A program made the translations under genes and the position numbers. From an uncultured Rhodospirillales bacterium (GTDB lineage: Bacteria > Pseudomonadota > Alphaproteobacteria > UBA9219 > RGZA01), in contig CAZMQI010000001.1 of the NCBI GenBank assembly GCA_964568585.1, forward strand, positions 103,900-167,899: a stretch of DNA of 64,000 bases, read 5' to 3'. Positions 30,794 through 43,700 of the stretch are shown one piece after another (position 1 is the stretch's first letter; the number at the start of each line of letters is the position of its first letter). Under the pieces are notes generated by a model. The model made no database searches, was not told the origin of the DNA, and saw nothing but the letters and a program-made list of their open reading frames with translations.

Positions 30794-32260
30794 TTAGATT
30801 ATCTTGGGATTTTGGGGCTTTAAGAAATGCAAAACAGATATTGCCTGTTCTCTCGCCAAAAACAATGCACATCCCGCATAGATTCCAACAAATACGATAC
30901 CCATCACCATACCACGTATGAATGTTGCGCTAATCTGTTCTTTGAACATGTCATGTGCTGACAGAATGATAAAAAAGCTCAGCAGCGACGCGAATATAAA
31001 CGGGAAGACGCGCAACACCAATTGCACAAGATTAATTTCAAGAATGCGTGTGATGAAATAAAAATTGGGTATTGTTACAATCGTCTGGGCAATGCAGAAA
31101 TAATTGACAAATGTAAACACGTCCTCATCCTTACTGAAGATGAGCACGGGCACTAATGCGACAATCCTCATAATATTAAGATAAAACAAATGTGCAGGAC
31201 GACCCAGCGCGGAATAATACGCACCATTTAAATATTGAAGACTTTGAACCGCACCAAGCAACAAGAAAGGTCTTACCAGTTGATCAATCATCACCCATTT
31301 CTCACCGAATAAGATGGCGCAAATTTCGGGTGCCAGCGCGGCAAGCATGATGAATATAGGAAAGAGCACCACAACGCCCGCGCCAACTGTTTTAATATAT
31401 AAATCCCTGATACGGGGTTTATCATGTGCAATTCTGGCCAAAAATGTCAGCGCAACATCCGATAGAATTGATTGAAAAAGCACGATTAATACCTGCAATA
31501 ATTTAGTACTGGCGGTATATAAGCCCAACGTGGCTGTGCCGAATAAGGTTACAATCATAATATCCGCAGTACGACTTGCGGAAAATTCAAGGATACGTGT
31601 TCCAAAAATAGAACTACTGAATATTGTAATTGATTTGAATGCTGGCCATGAAACATTAAAGCTTGGCGTCCACACAGGCCGCACCCACAACCAGATAAGA
31701 TTTACAAACGTCGTCACATACATTTGCACAATCAATGCCCATACACCCCACCCTGCATAAGCAACCGCGCATGCGATGATGCCGCCAAGTGCTGTACCTG
31801 CCAGTGTTCGAAACGCCAATGGCTTGTACTTGGCATGGCGCTTATATAATGACTCTTGAAATAAAGCGGCCGTATTAAAGGGAGCGAGGATTGCAACTGC
31901 CGTAATAATTGGCGAAAGCCCCTGAACGCCTATTAAATTTTCTATAAACTGCGGATAGAGCGCAACCACAACACCAAGCACAACCGAAAGAACCATCGAT
32001 GAAAAAAACGGCAGGTTAATTTCATTGTCTTTTAAATCCGGCCGCTGAATGATAGCAATACCAAAGCCAAATTCTGTAAATATTCCCATTAATGTCAGAA
32101 CAAGATATCCAGCAGCAGCTAACCCATATTCAACCGGCGTTAGCAGGCGAGCCAAAAGAATAAACAACACAAAGGTCAGAATTTTACTGCCCCATGTTTG
32201 CACGGCAGCCCACATCAGACTCTGTAACGCTTCTGTTCTGAAACTCGGTTCTGCACTCAT
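30794..32260 (-). CDS. Wzx flippase (polysaccharide biosynthesis protein)
   Basis: LARLLTPVEYG, GWGVWAL, LFGEKW; multiple TMs. Confidence 0.9.
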   Translation of the reverse strand: MSAEPSFRTEALQSLMWAAVQTWGSKILTFVLFILLARLLTPVEYGLAAAGYLVLTLMGIFTEFGFGIAIIQRPDLKDNEINLPFFSSMVLSVVLGVVVALYPQFIENLIGVQGLSPIITAVAILAPFNTAALFQESLYKRHAKYKPLAFRTLAGTALGGIIACAVAYAGWGVWALIVQMYVTTFVNLIWLWVRPVWTPSFNVSWPAFKSITIFSSSIFGTRILEFSASRTADIMIVTLFGTATLGLYTASTKLLQVLIVLFQSILSDVALTFLARIAHDKPRIRDLYIKTVGAGVVVLFPIFIMLAALAPEICAILFGEKWVMIDQLVRPFLLLGAVQSLQYLNGAYYSALGRPAHLFYLNIMRIVALVPVLIFSKDEDVFTFVNYFCIAQTIVTIPNFYFITRILEINLVQLVLRVFPFIFASLLSFFIILSAHDMFKEQISATFIRGMVMGIVFVGIYAGCALFLAREQAISVLHFLKPQNPKII

Positions 32261-33498
32261 GGCGCGTTACCCGCCACATTTGAATTCATCTGAAGTTGTG
32301 CCACGATCTGCTTGCTCAGCTGATTTTTGTTAGCGCCGGAATAATCACTCCATGCACGCTCTATCTGCGCGCGCAGCGCAGCTTGTTTATCTGGCGAATT
32401 TTTAAGATTTACAATCGCAATTGCTGTCGCTTTTGGATTATTTAACTCAATTGCTGGGTTGATATTCAAAAACTCAAAACCGCGCAGGGATTCCTTTGTC
32501 GCGATGATAGGGCTTCCTGCCATCGCCGCTTCCAATACCTTTATCTTGATGCCGCCACCATGGACCACAGGGCTGATGACTGCCAGGCAATCACGCAGAA
32601 TATCTGAAAGCTGTTCATCCGAGACAAACCCCATGTGTTTAATATTGGGCTGCATAGCATTTTCTAAATCTGCAGTGCCCTTCCCCACCAGCATAATGGA
32701 TATATCTGGGTCCTGTGACAAAAGCGCGGGTGAAAGCTTATTAATTATCCATTCAAGTGCAGCTTTGTTTGGCGCAAACCCCGCACCTCCGACAAACACC
32801 ACATAAGGTTTGGCGGCAACTCTATCAGCCTTATCAAGCTTTCGTTCAGTAAGCGTAGGACATAATGAAATGGTGTTGGCATTTAGCCAGCTATACCATT
32901 GCTCATCCCACTGCGATAAAAACACCGTTAATGCCGCACGCTTGATAAGTATACTTTCTACAACCAATGACTTGAATGCATCATCAAATAAAAAGATTTT
33001 TGCTACGATGTTTTTGTTCAAACGGCTGGTTCCCAACAGATATAGCGGCGTTACATCATGGGCAATCAATATCGCTTTATGCTTCAATGATAATAATGCG
33101 GATGGCTGAATATTACATATCGCCAGCATATGATCGATAACGACCAAATCATAATCCATGGTCAATGCCGCCGCTATCTCTTGCTGCGCGGACTTACTGA
33201 GGAATGCATAAGATGCAAGCGGTGCAATATTACAGAATATATGCTTTAGTTTATTCTTTATGCGCGACAACCCGCCTGCTTCAGTTTGCAAATCGCCAGT
33301 ATAGATTTTAAAGTTTGGCCACGGGCTTTCTACAGGTCTTACCGCAGCACCAGCAATACCAGCCTGCACGATAATCCCGTGCAATTCGATGCTTTGAAGC
33401 TGAACCAGCTCCAGAATATGTTCGCGCAGCACATTATCCATGCCGCTGCTCGGCGCAACAGGATTTCCTACACCTATATATAGTACCTTTTTACCCAT
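32257..33498 (-). CDS. GT4-like glycosyltransferase
   Basis: FVG...PNKAALEW, GGGIKIKVLEAAMAGSPIIAT. Confidence 0.85.
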   Translation of the reverse strand: MGKKVLYIGVGNPVAPSSGMDNVLREHILELVQLQSIELHGIIVQAGIAGAAVRPVESPWPNFKIYTGDLQTEAGGLSRIKNKLKHIFCNIAPLASYAFLSKSAQQEIAAALTMDYDLVVIDHMLAICNIQPSALLSLKHKAILIAHDVTPLYLLGTSRLNKNIVAKIFLFDDAFKSLVVESILIKRAALTVFLSQWDEQWYSWLNANTISLCPTLTERKLDKADRVAAKPYVVFVGGAGFAPNKAALEWIINKLSPALLSQDPDISIMLVGKGTADLENAMQPNIKHMGFVSDEQLSDILRDCLAVISPVVHGGGIKIKVLEAAMAGSPIIATKESLRGFEFLNINPAIELNNPKATAIAIVNLKNSPDKQAALRAQIERAWSDYSGANKNQLSKQIVAQLQMNSNVAGNAP

Positions 33499-34696
33499 TA
33501 TTGCTTCTGCTCATTAAGCATTCGTTGTAGCAAGCCAGATAACGAGCAACAACGGTACGTTCACTCAATTCATCTTTCCAAGCCTGCTTTGCATCAACAG
33601 GTTGCGCCATGACACCCCTACCCTGCATGGCTTCGCTCATCTCTATTCCCAGACGCTGTGCGTTTCCTGCTGGCACGGCAATACCACGCACACCCATTTC
33701 CAGATATTCCGGCATGCCACCCATTTTTGAAATGATAAGTGGAATATGCCACGCAGCCGCCTCGGCAATCACACCGGGTAATGGCTCTGGCCATAGGGAT
33801 GGCACAATCGATACATCGACCTGTTTATAAAAATCATCCGCTTTGACAAACCCAAGCCATTCAATACTGGCTTGCGGATATGCAGCTTTTAAACGTGCTA
33901 CATATTCTTCGCGGCCTCGGCCTGCAATCAATAAACGCCAACCATCTTTTGGTAATTGAGATGTTGCTTGTAACAATACTTCGATGCCCTTTTCTTCTTC
34001 AACACGGCCAATAAATCCGAATGTAAGCGCAGCATTGGGATGGTTTGGGGTGGGTGCAATATCAGCAGTCTCGCCAATATTATAAATCACATGGCGTTTT
34101 GCACTGGGGAAGAAGCCATTTTTTATATGCTGGTTGGCAACAAACTTACTAACCCCCACCACATGGGAAACACGACGCGATGCAGCACGTTTCGGGATGC
34201 TCATACTCACACATAGCGCACAGCGCTTATCACACAACTTGCCATGGTTGAATAATGTAGCGCGCGGACAAAGCAGGGCGTAATCATGCAAGGTATGCAC
34301 AATGCTAATACCGCGCTTTGCTGCTTCATTCCATGCTGCAACCGAAAATCCAGCCAGATTATTGCTATTCAATATCTCCGGCTTTTCAATATCGAGTATG
34401 TTACCGATACGCACCGCCGCCTTCACATTCCACATATCAATCGTGTGCCACAATAAACGCTTCCACGCAGAGGGCTTGGATGAACCGGTAAACGGCCAAT
34501 AGATATTATCAATCGGCAAATAATAAACTTTAACACCATTACATATTTCAATTTTTTCTTGCTGGCTATCATGTAGTGTAATGACAACAATCTCATGTCC
34601 CGCGCGTACCAAAGCCGCCGCAAGTTTTGCAGTCACTTTTTCTGCACCACCAACGATATTTGGCGGATAAAGCGTGCTGATTATGCATAATTTCAT
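33491..34696 (-). CDS. GT4 glycosyltransferase
   Basis: YPPNIVGGAE, HTLHDY.LLCP, FIGRVEEEKG, PSLWPEP. Confidence 0.9.
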   Translation of the reverse strand: MKLCIISTLYPPNIVGGAEKVTAKLAAALVRAGHEIVVITLHDSQQEKIEICNGVKVYYLPIDNIYWPFTGSSKPSAWKRLLWHTIDMWNVKAAVRIGNILDIEKPEILNSNNLAGFSVAAWNEAAKRGISIVHTLHDYALLCPRATLFNHGKLCDKRCALCVSMSIPKRAASRRVSHVVGVSKFVANQHIKNGFFPSAKRHVIYNIGETADIAPTPNHPNAALTFGFIGRVEEEKGIEVLLQATSQLPKDGWRLLIAGRGREEYVARLKAAYPQASIEWLGFVKADDFYKQVDVSIVPSLWPEPLPGVIAEAAAWHIPLIISKMGGMPEYLEMGVRGIAVPAGNAQRLGIEMSEAMQGRGVMAQPVDAKQAWKDELSERTVVARYLACYNECLMSRSNNG

Positions 34697-34750
34697 ATGC
34701 ATCTATATACGGGAATACCTGCTTAAATAGAAGCGGGTTTTAAAGGCGAT

Positions 34751-37700
34751 TTAGCGCAGCATTCCAAGGGTTGGGAGCTTGCGTTGGCGCTTTTGCCATT
34801 CATCATCGAATAGTAAAAACTCTGGTATGGTGCGCGGTGTCTGCACACCCTTCTTCACCGTATTAGGAAGCTGCTGTGCAAGCGATAATGAATCCGAGGC
34901 CGCAGTTGGGACTGGCACAATCACAACGACGGGTGGCATAGTGATGATGTCAGACATTGCAAATGCACTGGTGTTATAGGTGTAGTTTCCACTATCTATT
35001 CCGGTCAAACCAATGCCCGTTACGGTGACTGGTTTATTTACGCCAATGCTACTATTGGCATAGGTTGCAGAGCCATAGCTGAGCGTAAGAATATCTCCCG
35101 ATACACGGTTATCGCTAAGCGTGATGACTGCGGCCGCATTACCATCATAAATTTTATTAGTGCTGTTCGCGCTAATGAGCAAGGCGCGCGGCGTAATATC
35201 GGCGCTGGTGCTCGCAGTGCTGCTGGTTACGTAATTGCCAGCCGCCGAACCAACCAGACTAATTCCAACCACACTAATCGCCTTTCCGGTTCCTACATTT
35301 TTGTCAGAGAAGTTTGCAGTATAGCTGTAACCAAGCGCATCACCCGTTATGCGGTTATCCGTGATGGTCAATGCTGCATTAGTTGAACCATTATAAACCT
35401 TATCATTACCTGTGACGCTGGCGACCAGTGTACGCGGGGTGATATTGGCATTGGCGCTTGCGGTGGTGTTGAAGCTGTAATTGCCAGCATCACCAGTCGC
35501 GATGTTAATACCCGTTACGCTGATTGCTTTTGCCGTGCCAACATTCTTGTTAGCAAAATTTGCTGTGCCATAAGTGGTATTGAATACATCGCCAGCTACG
35601 CGATTATCGTTCAGGGTAACAGATGCTGTTGTTAAACCATCATAGACTTTACTTGACCCTACCGCACCGATGGTCAATGCGCGTTTGGTAATATTCGCAG
35701 CAGCACTTGCGGTTGTATTGAATGTATAGTTCGCGGCATCACCTGTTGCAATATTCAAACCCGTTATGCTGATTGCCTTGCCGATACCAACATTTTTATC
35801 GCCAAAGTTTGCAGCGCCATAGCTGGTGGTGAACACATCACCCGCAACACGGTCATCACTGAAATTCACGCCAGCGGTTGTCAGGCCATTATATATCTTA
35901 TTCACCCCTGTTGCACTGATGGTCAGGCTGCGCTGCGTGATGTTCGCAGATGTGCTTGCCGTTGTATTGAAGCTGTAATTCGCGGCATCCCCGGTTGAGA
36001 TATTGATACCCGTAATGCTGATAGCCTTACCGGTTCCCGCATTCTTATCACTGAAGTTTCCGGTATAGCTCGTATTAAACACATCACCCGCCACGCGGTC
36101 ATCAGTCAAGGTTGCAGTTGCGGTTGTCAATCCATCATAGGTTTTGTTGTTGCCCGTCGCACTGATGGTCAGTGAGCGCTGCGTGATATCTGCGCTGGTG
36201 CTTGCGGTCGTGGCATAGCTGTAATTGCCACTATCGGTTCCAGTCAGATTAATGCCGGTTACGCTAACAGTTTTAGCAGTGCCCACGTTCTTGTTAGCAA
36301 AGCTTCCGGTATAGTTGATTGTAAATACATCACCTGCAACGCGGTTATCACCAAAATTCACAGATGCCGTCGTCAGGCCATTATAAACTTTATTCACACC
36401 GGTTGCGCTGATGGTCAATGCGCGTTGCGTAATATCCGCAGATGTCGATGCGGTTGTATTAAAGCTGTAATTCGCGGCATCACCGGTTGAGATATTGATG
36501 CCTGTGATACTGATTGACTTACCAGTGCCTGCATTCTTATCGCCAAAGTTTCCGGTATAGGTGGTATTGAATACATCACCCGCCACGCGGTCATCGGTCA
36601 AGGTTGCAGTCGCAGTGGTTAAACCGTCATAGACCTTGTTGATACCAGTAGCAGAAATCGTCAATGTGCGCTGTAAAATCGTTGCCGATGCACTTGCGGT
36701 TGTATTGAAGGTATAGTTACCGCTATCGGTATCGGTTACAGTGATACCGGTTACGCCGATGGTCTTGCCGATACCAACATTTTTATCGCCAAAGCTTGCA
36801 CCAGTATAAGCGGTGGTCAACACGTCGCCTGCAACACGGTTATCACCCAGCGTTACGGTCGCACCCGTCAATCCGTTATACACACGATCAGTGCCCGTTG
36901 CCGTCACCGTCAACGGGCGCTGCGTAATCGTCAAACCAGTTGGTGCTGCCAAATAAGTGATGTTGTAATTGCCTGCAAGACCGGATGTGAAGTTTGCACC
37001 ATTCGCCGAAAGTGTCCAAGGCGTTGCGCGATAATTATAATTACCGGATGAAGAAAGTGTTGCATCGGTTGTCAACGCCAAGGTCGCAGCATCCGTACTA
37101 TAGAACGAACCGCTGGCAAGCGTATAGGCGCTGGTGCTCGGCGCATTGCCATATACTCTGGTTTGGTCACTTACCTGTACCGTAATTTGGCGTTGACCAA
37201 CGGTCAGCCCAGTTGGCGATACGTAATTGAACCCATAACCAAGATTGGATATGAATGTGCTACCATTATTAGTGATGGTAAAGCTGGTGCCGGCATTATC
37301 ACCCTGAACATAACTGGTTGAAAAATTACCAACTCCACCTACCGAGCCTTGCGATGTATCAAGAGCATTCAAATAACCAGATGTTTGCAACGTATAACCT
37401 GTTGGCGGTATAATCGCGTCACCATAATTGTAAGATTGGGGATCAATTTGTACGTCAAGCAATGGTGTATATGAATATAGCAACCCGTTACCCGTAGAAA
37501 GCGTTGGGCATACACCGCCATAGGTGCACGTGTAACGATTAAATGCGTTACTCATGGTTTCTTCACCGGTTGCGTCTGTCGGGTTGGCACTGTACACCAA
37601 CCAACGTCCGCCTGCGCCGGTCGTCAACGGATTTGCACCAGCGGTATTAATGAAATTACGGCCCGCTGACAGAATGATGGCATTTGCCGATGTATTGGTG

Positions 37701-40700
37701 GTGGCAATCGTTTGGGTCAACAACACATCACGTACAGCTTGGACAAGAATGGGGTCAGCACTTGTTAGAGCAACCGTGCTTGCAAAGTCATTACCCGTAA
37801 TAAATGATACAGGGTCACTCCACGATGCTGTGGAATTGGTGAGTGCGCCAGCGGTTGTGCTACCAAATACCAACGAACCCCAACCATTCACAACGCGGCC
37901 CATTTCAGTAGTACTGAAATTAAGTCCGGAAGTGGTTAATGCATCTGCCGCAGCTGTACCGATATTCACGGCACGGCCAGCGGTTGGAGCAAACGTAAGC
38001 GTACCTGTACCAATCATATTAGCACTTAATGTTACGTTGTCTGCGGTAATGGTCACGTTGCCAAGCGGCGCTGTGCCGCCAGTAATCCCTGAGAATGTAA
38101 CCGTACCTGTCCCCGCACTGACGTTGAGATTTTCACTGACACCGCCAGCAGTTCCATTGATCGTGCTTCCGAATGCAATCGCAGCGTTGGTTGAAGTAAT
38201 ATTTACAGTTGCGGCTTCAGCAATTACAAGCGCGTTACTGAATGTCATAGTACCCGTGCTGGTGATATCACTTGCAAGGGCAGTGCTGGTATTATTTGAA
38301 ATGGTGATGGTGGTAGTCGTGTTAATTGGCCGAGCAATAGTTAGTGTTGCAAAACCCTGCAAGTTAATTGCACCGAAGGTCGCGCCTTGACGGATGAGAT
38401 TTGTGCTATTCAACGTTAAACTTGGGCGCGTCCCATTAATGCCTGAAAGCAGGGTAAGGTTACCCGTACCCACCGAAATGGTACCAAGCATATTCATGTT
38501 ACCAGTACCACCCACAGCGCCGTTGGCAGCCTGCATGCTGATTGCTGTTGCAGCGCCGCCCGTGATGGTACGTGTTGCACTGATATTTAAATCACGATTG
38601 GATATCAGTGCGATTGCGCCGGAGCTTGTCAAGTTGCGATTGACGGTAAAATCCAAAAACCCGCTTATGGTAATCGCACCAAGCGTTGCGCCTTGTTGTG
38701 TGAAATTGCTTGTCGTCATCGTATAAGATGGGCGCGTACCGTTAATACCGGATGTAAGCGTAAGCGCGCCTGATCCGACCGAAAGATTACCATTAATGGT
38801 AAGATTACCTGTTCCCAACACAACGTTATTGGCGGCAGTTAAACTCAGCCCACCCGCAGCGCCGGTGGTGATGGTCTGTGATACGTTCAATGTTAAATCG
38901 CGCTGTGCGCCGATGGTAATACCCGCATTTCCTGGCAGGTTCATGGCAACAGTTATATCACGCAACCCTGTAATGCTGGTTGCACCCACGGTGGCACCAA
39001 GTAATGCGAGGGAGCTGCTGTTTAACGTTAAATCAGGACGTGTACCATTAACGCCGGAAACGAGCGTCAACGCACCTGTACCAATATTGATTTTACCACC
39101 CAAGGTTAAATTACCTGTACCAGCCACCACCGCATTAGCGGCACGCATACTTACGCCGCCTGTTGCACCTGTTGTTATCACACTGCTTGCATTGGTGATG
39201 ACATCGCGTAGCGCCAGCACTGTGAAGACACCTGCGCCGCCAACGGTAATGGTTTGCGATGCACTAAGAATAAAATCGCGCTGTGGATTAATCGTAATCG
39301 CTCCGTTACTCGTCATCGCTTTTGAAACGGTTACATCCTGGAAGCCATTGATGGTTACAACGCCAACCGTCGCCGCGTTTTGAGTATAGGTTGTGTTATC
39401 AATCGTCCATGATGGGCGCGTGCCATTGATGCCAGATGTAAGCGTAAGCACGCCAGACCCAACCGAAAGATTTCCGCCAAGCGTCAAATTACCTGTACCT
39501 GCGACAACGTTGTTTGCAGCGCGCAAACTTATACCACCCGTGGCGCCCGTTGTAATCACGCTACTTGCATTGGCGGTGATATCACGCAAGGCCAATACCG
39601 TGAATACACCTGCGCCGCCAACGGTAATCGTTTGCGATGCGCTAAGAGTAAAATTACGTTGCGGATTAATGGTGATTGAGCTACTTCCCGTAACGGCTTT
39701 GGAAACAGTAACGTCTTGGAACCCGTTGATGGTAACTGTGCCCACCGTCGCAGCGTTTTGTGTATAGGTAGTATTATCCATCGTCCATGATGGGCGTGTG
39801 CCATTGATACCCGACAGCAAGGTAAGTGTACCCGAACCCACCGCGATATTTCCGCCAAGCGTCAAATTACCTGTACCTGCAACAACGTTGTTTGCAGCGG
39901 TAAGCGAGATAGAACCAGTAGTACCAGCACTAATCACACTGGTTGCGGCTGCGGTAATATCACGTAGCGCCAGAATGGTAATCGTAGATGCAGAGTTAGT
40001 TGAAAGCGTAAAACCTGAATTGAGAATAAAATCACGCTGCGGTGAAATAGTAATAGCGCCGCTTCCTGGCAAGTTCATAGCCAACGTTACGTCTTGGATG
40101 CCCGTTATGCTAACTGCACCAACGGTCGCACCCAACAAGCCAAGGCTAGTCGAATTCAAAGTAAGCGATGGTCGCGTGCCATTGATACCGGAAACAAGCG
40201 TTAATGCACCTGTACCGATATTTATCTTACCGCCCAAAGTTAAATTACCTGTACCAGCAACCACCGCATTCGCTGCACGCAAACTTACGCCGCCCGTTGC
40301 ACCTGTTGTAATCACGCTGCTTGCATTGGTTGTAATATTACGCTGTGCAAGCACTGTGAACACACCCGCTCCGCCAACCGTGATGGTTTGCGATGCACTG
40401 AGAATAAAATCACGCTGTGGATTAATCGTAATCGCGCCACTACCCGTCATTGCCTTTGAAACGGTCACGTCCTGAAAACCATTGATGGTCACAACACCAA
40501 CCGTACCTGCTAATTGGGTATAGGTTGAATTATCAATCGTCCATGATGGGCGCGTGCCATTGATACCGGAACTCAGCGTAAGCGCACCAGTACCGATAGA
40601 GATATTTCCGCCGAGTGTTAAATTGCCTGTGCCTGCGACAACATTATTAGCTGCTTGTAACGTGATAGAACCAGTGGTGCCTGCTGAAATAGTGCTGCCT

Positions 40701-43700
40701 GCGACCGACGTAATATCCCGTAATGCTAAAATGGTGATTGCTGACGCACCGGTTGTTGCCAGCGTTGCAGAGTTGTTGATGGTAAAACTTTGTTGCGGCG
40801 AAATGGTAATCACGCCGCTGCTAGTAATATTACGCGCCACCGTTACATCCAACATCCCAGTTATGCTGATAGCTCCGATTGTTGCGCCAAGCGGCGTAAG
40901 CGTTGTGGTGTTAAGTGTCAGTGATGGACGTGTGCCATTGATACCCGAAACCAGCGTTAATCCGCCAGTACCCACCGAAATATTACCGGCGATGGTCAGA
41001 TTACCAGTGCCAACGATCGAATTATTTGCAGCTTGCAGCGTCACACCGCTTACTGAATTCGATGAAACAGTTGTACCCGCACCAATGGTGATATCACGCT
41101 GCGCTAGCACTATAAAATTACTGTTTGCGGTGATTGACGCTGTACCACTGGTGATGAAGTCACGCCCAGGATTGATAGTGATGTTGCCGGTACTGGTGAT
41201 GACTGCAGTACCGCTCGCAAAGAAATCGCGCGTTGGATTGATTGCAGTAATAGCTGCACTTGATGCGACGTTCTTTGACAGCGTTATGTCTTGGAAACCG
41301 CTGAACGTCAGCGTGCCAACCGTTGCACCAAGCTGCGTAAAGGTACCTGAACTAATCACCAGATTCGGGCGCGTACCATTAATACCCGACAGCAACGTCA
41401 GTGCACCCGACCCAACCGAGATACTACCATTCAAGTTTAAATTACCTGTTGCTGCAGTTGAACCACCAGCAGCTTGCAAATTCAATGAACCCGTTGCCGT
41501 GGTCGCAATCGAACCACCTGCGGTAATGGTCAAATCACGCGCCGCTGTGATTGCAACTGCATAACCAGGATTGGTACTGGTCAACGCACCACTTGCACCC
41601 ACAATGAAATCACGTTGAGGAGCAATCGCGATAGTGCTCGCAGCGGTCAAGCTGCGGTTCAATGTTACATCCTGAAAACCTGAAATATTGATTGCGCCAA
41701 TCGATGCGCCTTGCTGCGTGAAATTTGCCGTGCTGAGTGTGAGCGATGGGCGCGTGCCATTGATACCCGATACCAATGTCAATCCGCCCGACCCGACTGA
41801 AAGATTTCCGTTGATGGTCAGATTGCCTGTACCGCCGACTACGCCATTGGCTGCACGAAGGTTCATCGTGCCGGCTGCGCCTGTCGTCAACGTCTTGGTT
41901 GCTGCAAGCGTCACATCGCGATTAGCCAATGCGGTGATGGAACCACCCGTTGAAACGTCATCGTTGATGGTGATGCTACCCGCACCAGCGATATTTGCAT
42001 TGAGGGTAATGCTACCAGAACCTGAATTGGTAATCGTGTTATTTACGATGATGTTGTTGGAAGCAGTAACGGTCAACCCGTTGGAACTGTTCCAAGCAAC
42101 CGCATCTGTGAATGTGATATTACCCGTACCACCCGCCCCTGCTGCGCTGGTGATCGTGACCGAACCGCTGGCTAGTGCATTTTGCAATGTGGTGACATTC
42201 AAATTTGATGTCGCAGCGCCCGTTGAATCAAATGGCGATGCACCAGTGATATCGCTATCCACTGCATTGCTGATAGTGATATCGGCCGGATCAAGCAACA
42301 ACATACCATTCGATGCAAATGTCGAATGCGTATTCACCGTGCCGTTGAATGCTAGCCAATCCTTGCCGGAGATTTCGATGAAGCCGCCATTACCATCAAT
42401 GCCCTTCGAGCTAACATCCGCATGGCCCTTGAACACCGACCCGTTATTCGACCATGTGATGATGCGGCCCGCATGTCCTGCATCCGAACTTGCAACCATC
42501 ATCACGTTTTTGTCGATAAACACGCGTGATGCTGTTGGCACAACGCCTGTTGGCGACAAGCCCGCGTAATATGCTGCAAAGAATGCTGCGGTTGGTGAAC
42601 CGTTGATTGCAGAATAACCGCCAGGGGTATTCCCCCATTCAATCGCGGCAGATGGTTGGTGCAACATCCCGCGATATGCACCGCCATGATAATCACCGCC
42701 CACCAGAATTTCACCAGCGCCCGCATTTCCTGAAACATCCACGCGTGAGTCATTCATCAAGGCAATACGTTTGCCGATGATGTGTACGGCACCGCCCGTT
42801 TGACCAGCCGCAAGGCCCGATGCGTTAATCAATCCATCGATAATCACATCGCTTACATCGTTGCCAGCAATTAAAACTTTGCTGCTACGTTGTGCGACCG
42901 ATTTCGCGGCAATCATTCCTTGCGATGTCACAACACTATCGACGATATTTTTACCAGCTGCAGCCGTCATCGCAACCAGCCCGCCATCAGCGTTGATTAC
43001 GCCTGTATTGCGAACCAACTGCTTGGAAACATGATCGCTCACCGCAACTTCAAGCAGACCGTCGCCATAAAAATCTACCGTTGCCGTGTCGCCTGACGCC
43101 AAATGCACGCGGCCAAGACGCGCTGTAATCACGCCGCGGTTCTCAACGCGGGGGGCAACTAAGCCAACTAACCCCGCATCTTTTGCGGTAATGGTGCCCT
43201 CGTTGATAATTTGTGCGTTGGGGTTACCGGGTTTATCAAATACCAGCTTCCCGCCTGCCATGAACTGATCGTTACGGATATCGGATGTTGTTGCAATAAG
43301 ACTGTTAACGTCAACTTGCGCGCCGCGTCCAAACACGACACCGTTTTGATTTACAATAACAATGTTACCATTTGCGCTCAGTTGACCATCAATACGGCTG
43401 GCAGCATTGCTGTTAACACGGTTAAGAGCGATTGAACCGCTACCGGGTTGTTGGAATTCGGTGCGCTCATTCGGAGCAATATCAAATCCGCGCCAATCAA
43501 TTACAGCGCGATCGGAATGTTGATTGATACGAACAGTTGATGCATTGCTGGTGATTGTTGCGTTGCCAGCACTAACAACTCCGCCCTCCGGATTTGCACG
43601 CAGGGGTATTGCGTGGGTGAAGATCAACCACGCACAAAGACATCTCAGAAATTTATTCCAACATGGCCTGCGCCATAGAGGAATATCATTCGGTTTATCC

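Noticed and set aside
37554-42569. Long plus-strand ORFs opposite the adhesin
   Set aside because: Antisense shadows of a repetitive Thr/Gly/Ala/Asn-rich gene.
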